Assembly (NCBI RefSeq): GCF_042660085.1
Contig: NZ_JBHSTI010000008.1
Location: 90,001-122,000 of the forward strand
Origin: Longivirga aurantiaca
GTDB lineage: Bacteria > Actinomycetota > Actinomycetes > S36-B12 > CAIYMF01
Reading direction: 5' to 3'
DNA length: 32,000 nucleotides
Below the pieces are notes generated by a model. It saw only the letters and a program-made list of their open reading frames with translations, had not been told where the DNA came from and did no database searches. Within the stretch, counting starts at the first letter, position 1. Each line of letters opens with the position of its first letter. The position numbers were made by a program, and so were the translations under genes. Positions 1 to 10,192 of the stretch are shown here, in pieces.

Positions 1-1
1 C

Positions 2-466
2 CCCAAGGAGGTCGGCGCCGACCGCATCGCGAACACCCTGGCGGCGCACCACCTCTACGGCGGCCCGTGCATCGTCGTCGACTTCGGCACCTCGACGAAC
101 TTCGACGTCGTCTCCGCCAAGGGGGAGTTCCTCGGCGGCGCGCTCGCACCAGGAGTCGAGATCTCGCTCGACGCGCTCGCGCAGCGCGCTGCCCAGCTGC
201 GCAAGGTCGAGTTCGTCGCTCCGCGCTCGGTCATCGCCAAGAACACGGTCGAGGCGCTGCAGTCCGGCGCGCTCTACGGGTTCGCGGGCCAGGTCGACGG
301 CATCGCGTCGCGCATCATCGCCGAGCTCGGCGGCTCGGTCACCGCGGTGATCGCCACCGGTGGTCTCGCGCCCGTCGTCATCCGGGAGTCGTCCACCGTC
401 ACCGTGCACCGCCCCGACCTCACGCTGCAGGGCCTGCGGCTCGTCTACGACAAGAACGTCTAGGGG
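2..466 (+). CDS. coaX: Type III pantothenate kinase, 3' part (5' end outside window)
   Basis: Frame open from position 2 reads GADRIANTLAAHHLYGGPCIVVDFGTSTNFDVV...GGALAPGVEISLDAL...VIATGGLAPVVIRES, with CoaX ASKHA motifs; stop at 464-466. Confidence 0.93.
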
Positions 467-1209
467 CGCGTCCAGCGGTACGTCGCCGTCACGTACGGGA
501 ACTCGACCACGGCGCGGCCGCGCGTCTGCGGGTGCGTGGCCATGAGCTCGCGCACCGCGGCGTACAGGTCGTCGGCGTCCTCGCGCAGGTAGACGTAGGA
601 GTACGTCGAGACCAGGCCGACCACCTGGTCGGGGGTCATGAGCACGGTGTGCGGGATGTCGGCGCGCACGACTCCGGGGTGCACGGCGTCGATCGCCTCG
701 AACGCCTCCGTGCGGTTGGAGCGGAACGAGTCGCCGCCGTCGACGATGTCCGACAGCGCATCCATCCACGGCACGCGGGTGTCGCGGGTGTTCCAGACCA
801 GCACGACGACGCCGCCTGGGCGCAGCACGCGCGTGAACTCCGCGGCAGCGGCCGGCGCGTCGAACCAGTGCCAGGCCTGGGCCGCGGTGACGGCGTCCAA
901 CGACGCATCCGGTAGCGGGAGGGACTCGGCCGGCGCCTGGGCGCGCAGCACGCCGGGCAGGGCCGCGCCGAGCTGCTCGAGCATCCCGGCGTCGGGCTCG
1001 TAGGCGCGGACGTCGAGCCCGAGATCGACCAGCGAACGGGTGAGCAGGCCGGTGCCCGCGCCGACGTCGGCGACGTCGCGGACCGTGCGCGTGGCGCCGT
1101 GCAGGCCCCAGACGAGGGCGTACGCCGGGTAGCCCGGGCGCAGGGCGTCGTACCGGTCGGCCGAGGCCCCGAAGGAGAGGCGGCGGTCGGCGTAGCTGGG
1201 CTCGGTCAC
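460..1209 (-). CDS. Class I SAM-dependent methyltransferase
   Basis: 249 aa ORF with motif [33 protein letters not shown] and [13 protein letters not shown]; convergent with coaX with a few bp of overlap. Confidence 0.88.
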   Translation of the reverse strand: MTEPSYADRRLSFGASADRYDALRPGYPAYALVWGLHGATRTVRDVADVGAGTGLLTRSLVDLGLDVRAYEPDAGMLEQLGAALPGVLRAQAPAESLPLPDASLDAVTAAQAWHWFDAPAAAAEFTRVLRPGGVVVLVWNTRDTRVPWMDALSDIVDGGDSFRSNRTEAFEAIDAVHPGVVRADIPHTVLMTPDQVVGLVSTYSYVYLREDADDLYAAVRELMATHPQTRGRAVVEFPYVTATYRWTRP

Positions 1210-1263
1210 GCCGCGACGTTATCCCTGCGAAGCGCGCTTCGGGGCCCCGATAACCTTGCGCGC

Positions 1264-2772
1264 ATGACTGACCAGCCCGCCGTGCCCGTCGATGCCGAGG
1301 ACGACCTCCCCGAGCAGATCCGGGTCCGCCGGGACAAGCGCCAGCGCCTCCTCGACTCCGGCCAGGACGCCTACCCCGTCTCGGTGCCGCGCACGCACTC
1401 CATCGCCGACGTCCGAGCGGCCCACCCCGGTCTCGAGCCCGACACCGCCACCGGCGAGATCGTCTCGGTCGCCGGTCGCGTGATCTTCGTGCGCAACACC
1501 GGCAAGCTCTGCTTCGCCACCCTGCGCGCCGGCGGCGGCGCCGAGATCCAGGCGATGCTCTCGCTCGACAAGGTGGGCGAGGACCGCCTCGCGGCGTGGA
1601 AGTCCGACGTCGACCTCGGTGACCACGTCAGCGTGACCGGCGAGGTCATCACATCGCGCCGCGGCGAGCTCTCGATCCTGGCCGACTCGTGGCTGCTCGC
1701 GGCGAAGACGCTGCGTCCGCTCCCGGTCGAGCACAAGCCGCTCGCGGAGGAGACCCGTGTGCGGCAGCGGTACGTCGACCTCGTCGTCCGCCCTCAGGCC
1801 CGCGAGGTCGCGCGCCTGCGCATCGCGGTGGTCGCCTCGCTGCGCGAGAGCTTCGCGCGCCGTGGCTTCCTCGAGGTCGAGACGCCGATGCTGCAGACGC
1901 TGCACGGTGGCGCCACCGCCCGGCCGTTCGTCACGCACTCCAACGCCTTCGACATGGACCTCTACCTGCGCATCGCGCCCGAGCTGTTCCTCAAGCGCTG
2001 CATCGTCGGCGGCATGGAGCGCGTGTTCGAGATCAACCGGAACTTCCGCAACGAGGGCGCCGACGCCACGCACTCGCCGGAGTTCGCGATGCTCGAGTAC
2101 TACGAGGAGTACGCCGACTACCGCACCAACGCAGCGATGACGCGCGAGCTGATCCAGGAGGCCACGCTCTCGACGTACGGCTCCTTGCAGTTCACCCGCT
2201 ACGACGGCCAGGAGCGCGACTTCTCCGGCGAGTGGGACGAGGTCTACGTCTACCCGTCGGTGTCCGAGGCGGTCGGTCGCGAGATCACGCCGTCCACCCC
2301 GGTGGAGGAGCTGCGCGAGCTCTGCGAGGCCGTGGGCATCAAGCCCGAGAAGACCTGGGTCGCCGGCAAGTACGTCGAGGAGCTGCTCGAGCACCACGTC
2401 GTCGAGCACCTCACGCGCCCGACGTTCGTCTACGACTACCCCGAGGACACCTCGCCGCTCGTGCGCAGCCATCGCACGCAGCCCGGCGTCGTGGAGAAGT
2501 GGGACCTCTACATCGACGGCAACGAGCAGGGCACGGGCTACTCCGAGCTCGTCGACCCGGTGCTGCAGCGCGAGCGGCTCGTGGCGCAGTCGCTCCTCAA
2601 GGCCGGCGGCGACGTCGAGGCGATGCAGGTCGACGAGGACTTCCTCCGCGCGCTCGAGTTCGGCATGCCGCCCTCGGGAGGTGTCGGTGTCGGCATCGAC
2701 CGCCTGCTCATGAACCTCACCGGCCTCAACATCCGCGAGACGATCCTCTTCCCGCTCGTGAAGCCCGAATGA
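1264..2772 (+). CDS. lysS: Lysyl-tRNA synthetase, class II
   Basis: [29 protein letters not shown]...; class II motifs [58 protein letters not shown] at 1264 preferred over the upstream ORF extension. Confidence 0.97.
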   Translation: MTDQPAVPVDAEDDLPEQIRVRRDKRQRLLDSGQDAYPVSVPRTHSIADVRAAHPGLEPDTATGEIVSVAGRVIFVRNTGKLCFATLRAGGGAEIQAMLSLDKVGEDRLAAWKSDVDLGDHVSVTGEVITSRRGELSILADSWLLAAKTLRPLPVEHKPLAEETRVRQRYVDLVVRPQAREVARLRIAVVASLRESFARRGFLEVETPMLQTLHGGATARPFVTHSNAFDMDLYLRIAPELFLKRCIVGGMERVFEINRNFRNEGADATHSPEFAMLEYYEEYADYRTNAAMTRELIQEATLSTYGSLQFTRYDGQERDFSGEWDEVYVYPSVSEAVGREITPSTPVEELRELCEAVGIKPEKTWVAGKYVEELLEHHVVEHLTRPTFVYDYPEDTSPLVRSHRTQPGVVEKWDLYIDGNEQGTGYSELVDPVLQRERLVAQSLLKAGGDVEAMQVDEDFLRALEFGMPPSGGVGVGIDRLLMNLTGLNIRETILFPLVKPE

Positions 2773-3278
2773 GCCCGGCGTCCCGCGTCGTCGTACGGGC
2801 CGCGCGCACGGCCGACGTGCGCGCCATCCGCGCCCTCGTCGACACCTATGCGCCCGACCGGCGTCTGCTCTCCAAGGCCACCGTCGCGCTCTACGAGGAC
2901 ATCACGGAGTTCCTCGTCGCCGACCTCGACGGCGAGGTCGTCGGGTGCGGTGCGGTGCACGTGTTCTGGGAAGACCTCGCCGAGGTCCGCACGGTGGCCG
3001 TGGACCCGGCGTTCGTCGGCACCGGGATCGGCAGCGTGCTGCTCACCGCGCTCGTCGGCCGCGCGCGCGAGCTCGGCGTCGCGAAGGTGTTCTGCCTGAC
3101 CTTCGAGACCGAGTTCTTCGGCCGGCACGGGTTCGTGGAGATCGAGGGGACGCCGGTCGACCACGACGTCTTCGAGCAGCTCCTGCGCTCGTACGACGAG
3201 GGCGTGGCCGAGTTCCTCGACCTCGAGCGCGTGAAGCCCAACACCCTGGGCAACCACCGCATGCTGCTCGTCCTGTAG
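2769..3278 (+). CDS. GNAT-family amino-acid N-acetyltransferase (N-acetylglutamate synthase-like)
   Basis: 169 aa; [29 protein letters not shown]...[51 protein letters not shown]; ATGA overlap with lysS stop. Confidence 0.85.
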   Translation: MSPASRVVVRAARTADVRAIRALVDTYAPDRRLLSKATVALYEDITEFLVADLDGEVVGCGAVHVFWEDLAEVRTVAVDPAFVGTGIGSVLLTALVGRARELGVAKVFCLTFETEFFGRHGFVEIEGTPVDHDVFEQLLRSYDEGVAEFLDLERVKPNTLGNHRMLLVL

Positions 3279-3365
3279 CCGCCGCGCCCCGCCACGGCGA
3301 GGGTCGGGTGCCGGATCCCGGGCTCTGCCCCGGAATCCACCGTCCGACGTGGGATGCGGCAGCGG

Positions 3366-3866
3366 TCAGGCTGCGCGGGAGACGAGCACGGCCTCGATGT
3401 CGGCGCGCATCGACAACGGGTCGGTCTTCGGTGCGTAGCGCGTCACCGTGGTGCCGTCGGGCGCGACGAGGAACTTGGTGAAGTTCCACTTGATCGTCGA
3501 GGACATCAGGCCGCCGCCGCGCTTCTTCAGGAAGCCGAACACGGGGTGGGTGCCGCGGCCGTTCACATCGACCTTGGTCGACAGCGGGAACGTGACGCCG
3601 TAGTTGATGGTGCAGAACTGCTCGATGGCGGCGTCGTCGCCGGGCTCCTGGTGCGCGAACTGGTCGCAGGGGAAGCCCAGCACGACGAGCCCGCGGTCGG
3701 CGTACTCCTCGTACAGCGCCTGCAGCGCCTCGTACTGCGGCGTGAGGCCGCACTTGCTGGCCGTGTTGACCACGAGCACCGGGCGCCCGGCGTACTGCGC
3801 CAGCGGCACCTCCTGCCCGGCCGGGCTGGTGTAGCTGAGGTCGAACAGGGTCGCGTCGCTGGTCAT
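3366..3866 (-). CDS. Glutathione peroxidase-family thiol peroxidase (Cys type)
   Basis: 166 aa; LVVNTASKCGLTPQYEALQ, VLGFPCDQFAHQEPG, IKWNFTKFLV motifs. Confidence 0.94.
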   Translation of the reverse strand: MTSDATLFDLSYTSPAGQEVPLAQYAGRPVLVVNTASKCGLTPQYEALQALYEEYADRGLVVLGFPCDQFAHQEPGDDAAIEQFCTINYGVTFPLSTKVDVNGRGTHPVFGFLKKRGGGLMSSTIKWNFTKFLVAPDGTTVTRYAPKTDPLSMRADIEAVLVSRAA

Positions 3867-3925
3867 GGCTCCATTGTCCCCCGGTTACGGGACCCGGCGA
3901 ACCGAGCGGGCCACGAGCGCTGCGC

Positions 3926-3981
3926 CTCACCCACCGAAGTGCCCGAAGACCCTTGTGATCTCTGGCACTTCGGTGGGTGAG
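3926..3981 (-). terminator. Long perfect hairpin downstream of ppc, likely transcription terminator
   Basis: Exact 18 bp inverted repeat CTCACCCACCGAAGTGCC (3926-3943) / GGCACTTCGGTGGGTGAG (3964-3981), 20 nt loop, 5 bp past the ppc stop; no T-tract. Confidence 0.75.
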
Positions 3982-3986
3982 ACGCG

Positions 3987-6782
3987 TCAGCCGGTGTTGC
4001 GCAGGCCGGTGGCGATGCCGTTGACCGTCAGCAGCAGTGCACGGCGCAGGGTGGGCTCGACGTCGGAGTGCTCGCCGCCTGCCGTCGTCGCGCGGGCACC
4101 GCGGACGCGGGCGAGCAGCTGCACCTGCAGGAGCTGCAGGGGCAGCAGGTACCGGTCGCGGGTGGCGAGGGTCGAGGCGAGCATCGGCTGCGCACCGAGC
4201 AGCTCGGTCTCACCGGTCAGGGCGAGCACCTCCTGCAGGGTCAGCGCGTGCTCGGCCTCGATCGCGGCGAACACGTGCTGCAGCTCGGCTGGCACCAGGG
4301 CGTCGACGTACTCGCGGGCCACCCGCAGATCGGTCTTGGCGAGGGTCATCTCGACGTTGGAGATGAAGTTGCGGAAGAAGTGCCAGCTGGAGTGCATCTC
4401 GTGCAGCGCGTCGCCGAGGCCCGCCTCGCGGGCGGCCCGCAGGCCTGACCCGACACCGAACCAGCCGGGCACGATCTGCCGCGACTGGGTCCAGCCGAAC
4501 ACCCACGGGATCGCGCGCAGCGACTCGATGCCGGCGCCCTCCGTCGCGCGTCGGGCGGGGCGCGAGCCCAGGTGCATGTCGGCGAGCTCCTCGACGGGGG
4601 TGGAGGTCGCGAAGTAGTGCGGCAGGTCGGGGTCGTCGACGAGCGAGCGGTAAGCCTTCTGCGCCTCGGTCGACACGAGGTCCATGGCCGGGTCCCAGTG
4701 CGCGAGGTTCGTCGCGTTCGCCCGCGGCTGCTGGTGCAGCACGGTGGCCTCGACCACCGCGGCGAGCAGCAGCTCGAGGTTCTCGCGCGCGAGCCCGGGC
4801 AGCAGGTACTTGTCGGAGATGACCTCGCCCTGCTCGGTCAGCTTGATCTCGCCGTCGAGGACGCCCCACGGCTGCGACAGCACGGCCTCGTACGTCGGCC
4901 CGCCGCCGCGCCCCACGGTGCCGCCGCGGCCGTGGAACAGCCGCAGCCGCACGCCGTGCGCCCGCGCCACATCGCGGAGCCGGCGCTGCGCGAGGTGGAT
5001 CTCCCACTGCGAGGTCGTGATGCCGGCGTCCTTGTTGGAGTCGGAGTAGCCGAGCATGACCTCCTGCACGTCGCCGCGCAGCGCCACGATCTCCCGGTAC
5101 GACGGGTCGGACAGCAGACCGTCGAGCAGGTCGCCCGCCCGGCGCAGCTCGTCGACGGTCTCGAGCAGCGGGGAGAACCCGACCCGTGCGACGCCGCCGG
5201 CGATGTCGACCAGCCCCGCCTCGCGCGCGAGCACCACGGCCGCAAGGACGTCGTCGACGCCTTTGGTCATCGAGACGATGTAGGTCTCGCACACCTCGGG
5301 GCCGTACTTGTCGAGCGCCTCGCGGATCGCCACGAACGCGCTGTAGGTGCGCAGGTCGTCGCCCTCGAGCGGCGGGGGCGTGGGCGCGAGGGGCCGGCGC
5401 GAGGCCAGCTCGGCCGACAGCAGCCGCAGCCGGTGCTCGCGCGGCAGGTCCTCGTAGCGCCAGCCCTGCTCGCCGAGGCGGTCGACGAGCTTCGCGACGG
5501 CGCTGTGGTGCATCGACGCATGCTCGCGGACGTCGAGCGTGACGAGCGACAGGCCGAACGCGGCCACGGAGCGGATCGCGCGCGCGACCACGCCCCGGGC
5601 AGCCAGCTCGCCGCGGTTCGCCTCGAGCGAGGTCTGCACGAGCATGAGGTCGTCGAGCAGATCGCGCGTGGAGAGGTAGTCGCGCCCCGCGCGGTGCGGC
5701 GTGCCACCGGTGATGCGCGCGCGGGTGTTGACCAGCTTGGCGCGCACGCACGTGAGCTTGAGCCGGTAGGGCTCCTCGGCGTTCAGCCGGCGGTAGCGCG
5801 GGTCGAGCTCGGTGAGCGTCGCGAGGTCGGCGTCGAGCGAGGCGCGCAGCTCGGGCGTCACCTCGTTGAGCCGCTCGGACACCGAGAGGTCCTCGAGCAG
5901 CTTGTCGATGACGGGGAGCAGGTCGCGGATCGCGTGGTCGCGGACGAGGTCGACCACGCGCAGCGTGACGTCGGGCGTGACGAACGGGTTGCCGTCGCGG
6001 TCGCCGCCGATCCACGATCCGAACGACAGCGGCCGGGCGTCGGACGGGAGCTTGACGCCGACGGTCGACAGCGCGTGCGCGAGGTCGTCGAGCACCTCCG
6101 ACACCGGCCCGCTCGCGAGGTCGTCGAGGTAGTAGAGCGCGTTGCGCGCCTCGTCGAGCACCTCGGGGCGGTCGAGGCGCAGCTCGTCGGTCTGCCAGAG
6201 CAGGTCGACGAGCTCGGCGGCACGCGCCGAGACCCGGGCGTCGTCGAGGCCGATGCCGTCGGCCTCGGCGCGGTCGAGCAGGTCGGCGATGGCGCGCAGC
6301 TTCAGGAGCACCGAGCGGCGGGCCGCCTCGGTCGGGTGCGCGGTGAAGACCGGGCGGGCCGACAGACGGGCGACCCCCGCGGCCACCGACTCGGGCGTCA
6401 CCTCGCCGGCGGAGATCGCGGCCGAGATGCGGGTGGCTGCGCGCGAGAGCGGGTCGCCCGCCACACGGCGCGCGTCGCGCTGCTCGCGGGCGCGGTGCAC
6501 CTGCTCGGTCACGTTGGCGAGGTGGAAGTACGTGGAGAACGCCCGCGCCAGCCGGGTCGCGGTCTCCACGTCGAGGCCAGCGAGCAGGTCGGAGGTCTCG
6601 CCGAGGTCGGCGCGGGCGGTCCGGCGGATCTGCTCGACGAGCCCGAGCAGCGACGCCGACTCCTGCCGCACGAGGGTCGCGCCGAGCAGCTCGCCGAGCA
6701 CCCGGATGTCGCGGCGCAGGGCGGCGGTGTCCTCGGAGACGCCGAGGGAGGACTCGAGAGCGAGATGCAGGTCGCCGGTCAT
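3987..6782 (-). CDS. ppc: Phosphoenolpyruvate carboxylase
   Basis: 931 aa; [61 protein letters not shown], and C-terminus ending [15 protein letters not shown]. Confidence 0.98.
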   Translation of the reverse strand: MTGDLHLALESSLGVSEDTAALRRDIRVLGELLGATLVRQESASLLGLVEQIRRTARADLGETSDLLAGLDVETATRLARAFSTYFHLANVTEQVHRAREQRDARRVAGDPLSRAATRISAAISAGEVTPESVAAGVARLSARPVFTAHPTEAARRSVLLKLRAIADLLDRAEADGIGLDDARVSARAAELVDLLWQTDELRLDRPEVLDEARNALYYLDDLASGPVSEVLDDLAHALSTVGVKLPSDARPLSFGSWIGGDRDGNPFVTPDVTLRVVDLVRDHAIRDLLPVIDKLLEDLSVSERLNEVTPELRASLDADLATLTELDPRYRRLNAEEPYRLKLTCVRAKLVNTRARITGGTPHRAGRDYLSTRDLLDDLMLVQTSLEANRGELAARGVVARAIRSVAAFGLSLVTLDVREHASMHHSAVAKLVDRLGEQGWRYEDLPREHRLRLLSAELASRRPLAPTPPPLEGDDLRTYSAFVAIREALDKYGPEVCETYIVSMTKGVDDVLAAVVLAREAGLVDIAGGVARVGFSPLLETVDELRRAGDLLDGLLSDPSYREIVALRGDVQEVMLGYSDSNKDAGITTSQWEIHLAQRRLRDVARAHGVRLRLFHGRGGTVGRGGGPTYEAVLSQPWGVLDGEIKLTEQGEVISDKYLLPGLARENLELLLAAVVEATVLHQQPRANATNLAHWDPAMDLVSTEAQKAYRSLVDDPDLPHYFATSTPVEELADMHLGSRPARRATEGAGIESLRAIPWVFGWTQSRQIVPGWFGVGSGLRAAREAGLGDALHEMHSSWHFFRNFISNVEMTLAKTDLRVAREYVDALVPAELQHVFAAIEAEHALTLQEVLALTGETELLGAQPMLASTLATRDRYLLPLQLLQVQLLARVRGARATTAGGEHSDVEPTLRRALLLTVNGIATGLRNTG

Positions 6783-7071
6783 GAGCGTCCGTCCGCTTAA
6801 GGGTGAAAGGGACGGCGCGGCGTCGCTGACGCACCGGGGGGAAGCCTACCGGGGTCCCGGCTGCCCGCCTGCCGCCCGTCCGGGCGCGGCAGGGCTCCGC
6901 CCATTTCCCGAGCTCGTGTTTCGACTTTCCACCGGTAATCCCCATCCTGTGGATATCCCGTCCGAGTGAATTCGCCTCCTGAATTTCATCCCCGGGCTTT
7001 CCTGTGCTTTCCTTTTCCCGCTCCGGGGAATCCCGGACAAACACCGGAATATGCGACAGGAATGGTGCGCC

Positions 7072-7413
7072 ATGGCTCAGAAGGTCCAAGTCGTGCTCGT
7101 GGACGACCTCGACGGCGGCACCGCCGACGAGACGGTCACCTTCTCCCTGGACGGCGTCTCCTACGAGATCGACCTGACCCACGACAACGCCGCCCGCCTG
7201 CGCGACCTCCTCGCGCCGTACGTCGGCCACGGCCGGCGTATCGGCGGCGGACGCCGCTCGGGCTCCACCGGCGGCCGGACCACCGGCAAGAGCACCGGCG
7301 GGGTCGACCCCGCGCAGGTGCGCGCCTGGGCCAAGAGCGAGGGCATCGCCGTGAACGAGCGCGGTCGCATCAGCGCCGACCTGCTGGCCAAGTTCCAGGC
7401 CGCGCAGTCCTGA
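7072..7413 (+). CDS. lsr2: Lsr2-type nucleoid-associated histone-like protein
   Basis: MAQKVQVVLVDDLDGGTADETVTFSLDGVSYEIDLTHDNAARLRDLL...; C-terminal VRAWAKSEGIAVNERGRISADLLAKFQAA DNA-binding domain. Confidence 0.97.
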   Translation: MAQKVQVVLVDDLDGGTADETVTFSLDGVSYEIDLTHDNAARLRDLLAPYVGHGRRIGGGRRSGSTGGRTTGKSTGGVDPAQVRAWAKSEGIAVNERGRISADLLAKFQAAQS

Positions 7414-7423
7414 CGGCGGCCGC

Positions 7424-7864
7424 ATGACCGTCCTGGCCCGTCGTGACGACGGGCTCGTCATCGACGACGACCCCGACCGTGTCGACCTCGACGCCACGTA
7501 CGCGATGGTCGTGGGCGAGGGCTACTGGGCCAACGCGCGAACGCCCGGCACCGTGGCCGCCTCGGTGCGGGGCTCGTGGGTGTTCGGCGTGTACGACGGC
7601 GCCGCCCAGGTCGGCTTCGCCCGGGCCGTCACCGACCGCGCGACCTTCGCGTGGATCTGCGACGTGATCGTGACCGAGGACTACCGCGCCCGGGGGATCG
7701 GCTCGTGGCTGGTCGCGACCGTGTTCGACGCCGTCGAGGCCACCGGCGTGCAGCGCCAGCTGCTCGCGACCCTGGACGCGCACGAGGTCTACGCCCGCGA
7801 AGGGTTCACACCCCTGGCGAAGCCGGAGACCTGGATGGAGCGCGACCGGCGCCCACCGGCCTGA
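7424..7864 (+). CDS. GNAT-family N-acetyltransferase
   Basis: 146 aa; ICDVIVTEDYRARGIGSWLVATVFDAVEATGVQRQLLATLDAHEVYAREGFTPL. Confidence 0.87.
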   Translation: MTVLARRDDGLVIDDDPDRVDLDATYAMVVGEGYWANARTPGTVAASVRGSWVFGVYDGAAQVGFARAVTDRATFAWICDVIVTEDYRARGIGSWLVATVFDAVEATGVQRQLLATLDAHEVYAREGFTPLAKPETWMERDRRPPA

Positions 7865-7867
7865 GCG

Positions 7868-9898
7868 TCAGCCGACCGGGACCGGCGACTTCACCTTCGG
7901 GCCGAGGAGGAACGCCCCGGCGTAGAGCAGCGCGGCGAGCCCGAGCAGCGCCGGGTAGCCGACGACGAGCGCGAGGTACTCCAGGCACCCGCCGACCATC
8001 GCGCCGAGCAGGTTGGCCGCGAACGCCCCGGTGGCGTCCTCGGTGGTGTCGAAGCGCGTCGCGAACACGATGTTGGATGCGAAGACGGGGCCGAAGGCGA
8101 TGGCGACGGCCACGACCACGCGCAGCCCCATCGGCAGGCTCAGCAGCCAGGACGTGGGCACGAGCCAGGCGATGAGCAGCGTGGCCCCGAGGAACCCGAA
8201 CGCCACCGGTCTCGACGGGCGCTTCTTCATCCGCCGGGTCACCTCCACGGCGAGCAGCACCACGATGAGCACACCGGCGAACACGATCGCGTTGACCACC
8301 CAGGTGGTGCCGAACAGCAGCGCCGACCACGTCACCGCCCGCGTCTCGAGCAGGAGGAACGCGGCGCCGAGGCACGCGAGGTCGGCGTACGGCGCCATCC
8401 GGCGCAGCGGCCCCCCGATCACGCGCACGGCGATGAGCGAGACCAGCAGCACCATGACGATCACGAGCAGGAACGTGCCCGGGATCGAGGCGTCCTTCAG
8501 GTAGAGGAAGGGGCGCTCGTCGTGCACCGGCGGCGGGCCGGACAGGTCGGTGACGACGGACGCGTCGACGGCGGGGTCGCCGCAGCGCTGGTCGGCCTCG
8601 GTGAGGCCGGCGACGATGACGGCACTGCGCGCGCGGAAGGCATCGACGCACGGGGCGTGCCCGAACGCGGCCTCGGCGGTGTTCGCGAGCCGGCCGATCA
8701 GCCAGTTCTCGCGGTAGTAGTTGTACATCGCGAACGCGCCGCCGGGCTTGAGCACCGCCTTCACGTCCTCGAGCGCCTCCTGGGTGAACAGGTAGCTCTC
8801 GAGCCGCAGCTGGTTGGACCCGGCCACCAGCGTGAGCGAGTCGGGCAGCGCGAAGATCACGAGGTCGTACTTCTTGTCCGTCGTGTGCAGGAAGGCGCGG
8901 CCGTCGCCGATGTACGGCGTGACCCGCGGGTCGTCGTACGGCTTCTGCGGGTGCAGCTCGACACCGAGCTGCTTGATGCGGGGGTCGATCTCGACGGCGT
9001 CCACGCTGGTGGCGCCCTGGCGCAGAGCGAGCGCGACGTCCGACCCGTTGCCGGCCCCGACGACGAGCACGTCGCCCACTGGGCCCTCGGTGATCCGCTC
9101 GTACGGCTGGGCGTAGAAGGGCTCCGCCTCGAGCCGGAAGTCGAGGTCGACGATCGCCTGGTGCGGAACGCCGTTGGCGATGACGGCGTACGCCGGGGTC
9201 TGCGTGCCGGCCTGGTCGGTGGCGACCTGGTCGATCACCTGGATCTTGTAGTACGGCGACCAGATGTCTCCCTCGCGCAGCACGCCGACCGACATCGAGT
9301 AGACGACCACGCCCAGCGCGACCACGGCGATGCCCTGGGTGGTGAGCCGGCTCCCGCCGACCAGCGCCAGCACGAGGGCCGCGATGACGATCGACCAGAC
9401 CACCGGTCCGGCGCCGACGTACGACAGGACGGCGAAGCTCACCGTGCCCGCGAGGCTGCCGAGGAGGTCGAAGCGGTAGGCGTCGAGGCGGGGGAGCTCG
9501 AAGAAGCACTCGGCGACCATGATCGCCGGGCCCATGAGCACCGCGGCGACGGCCACGAAGACCAGCGTGAGGGTGACGACCGGCGGCCATGCGCCCTCGG
9601 TGCTCACCGCGGTGAAGTAGATGAGGTCCGAGCCCGTCTGGTCGACCCCGCCGGGGATGAACGGCACCGCGAGCAGCAGCACGGCGAGGGCGGGGGCGAA
9701 CCATGCCCCGCGGCGGCGGTCCGGCTTGGCCACGAGGAACCCGAGGCCGATGCCGAGGAACGACCCCAGCAGGACGATGTTGGAGAAGTACGACAGGTGC
9801 AGGAGGTTGGCGCCCAGCCAGCGGATGAGCATCAGCTCGGTGAAGAGCATGAGCGCGCTGGCGAGGAAGAGCCGAAGCCTGACCGACATGCGGCGCAT
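7868..9898 (-). CDS. Integral membrane protein with central spermidine-synthase-like SAM-binding domain
   Basis: N-terminal multi-TM region (MRRMSVRLRLFLASALMLFTELMLIRWLGANLL), central DVLVVGAGNGSDVALALRQGATSVDAVEIDPRI and YDLVIFALPDSLTLVAG, C-terminal TM helices. Start within the longer ORF is uncertain. Confidence 0.82.
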   Translation of the reverse strand: MRRMSVRLRLFLASALMLFTELMLIRWLGANLLHLSYFSNIVLLGSFLGIGLGFLVAKPDRRRGAWFAPALAVLLLAVPFIPGGVDQTGSDLIYFTAVSTEGAWPPVVTLTLVFVAVAAVLMGPAIMVAECFFELPRLDAYRFDLLGSLAGTVSFAVLSYVGAGPVVWSIVIAALVLALVGGSRLTTQGIAVVALGVVVYSMSVGVLREGDIWSPYYKIQVIDQVATDQAGTQTPAYAVIANGVPHQAIVDLDFRLEAEPFYAQPYERITEGPVGDVLVVGAGNGSDVALALRQGATSVDAVEIDPRIKQLGVELHPQKPYDDPRVTPYIGDGRAFLHTTDKKYDLVIFALPDSLTLVAGSNQLRLESYLFTQEALEDVKAVLKPGGAFAMYNYYRENWLIGRLANTAEAAFGHAPCVDAFRARSAVIVAGLTEADQRCGDPAVDASVVTDLSGPPPVHDERPFLYLKDASIPGTFLLVIVMVLLVSLIAVRVIGGPLRRMAPYADLACLGAAFLLLETRAVTWSALLFGTTWVVNAIVFAGVLIVVLLAVEVTRRMKKRPSRPVAFGFLGATLLIAWLVPTSWLLSLPMGLRVVVAVAIAFGPVFASNIVFATRFDTTEDATGAFAANLLGAMVGGCLEYLALVVGYPALLGLAALLYAGAFLLGPKVKSPVPVG

Positions 9899-10192
9899 CC
9901 TCTCGGACCCGGACCCCTCGGGGTGGGAGGTCGCCGAGACCGGCCCCTCCGCGCCGCCCAGGCCTGCCGGCCGGGTGCCCGAGGCAGGCCCCGGCCTGGT
10001 CGGTGGTGACGACCGGTCGGGCCCCCGTCCGAGCCCCGCGAGGGACCGTCCGGGGGCCCGGTTCACCGAGGGCGTAACGGCCGGAGGAACGTCCTGTGCG
10101 CCAGGAGGGTTCTGCGGAGGTGAGCCCTGGGGATACCCGGGCTAGGCTTGCGAGAACGGCCGTGACGCGGCCGCTCGTGGTGAGGAGTGCAG

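Noticed and set aside
4210-7497. Very long minus-strand ORF (1095 aa) and plus-strand ORF 4572..6800 (742 aa) overlapping ppc
   Set aside because: Low-complexity Arg/Ala/Pro or shadow translations typical of high-GC third-position bias; the ppc frame has full-length convincing motifs.
7806-10009. ORFs 7806..9704 (-) and 8522..10009 (+) around the spermidine-synthase-like gene
   Set aside because: Shadow frames of a gene with clear TM and SAM-binding motifs.
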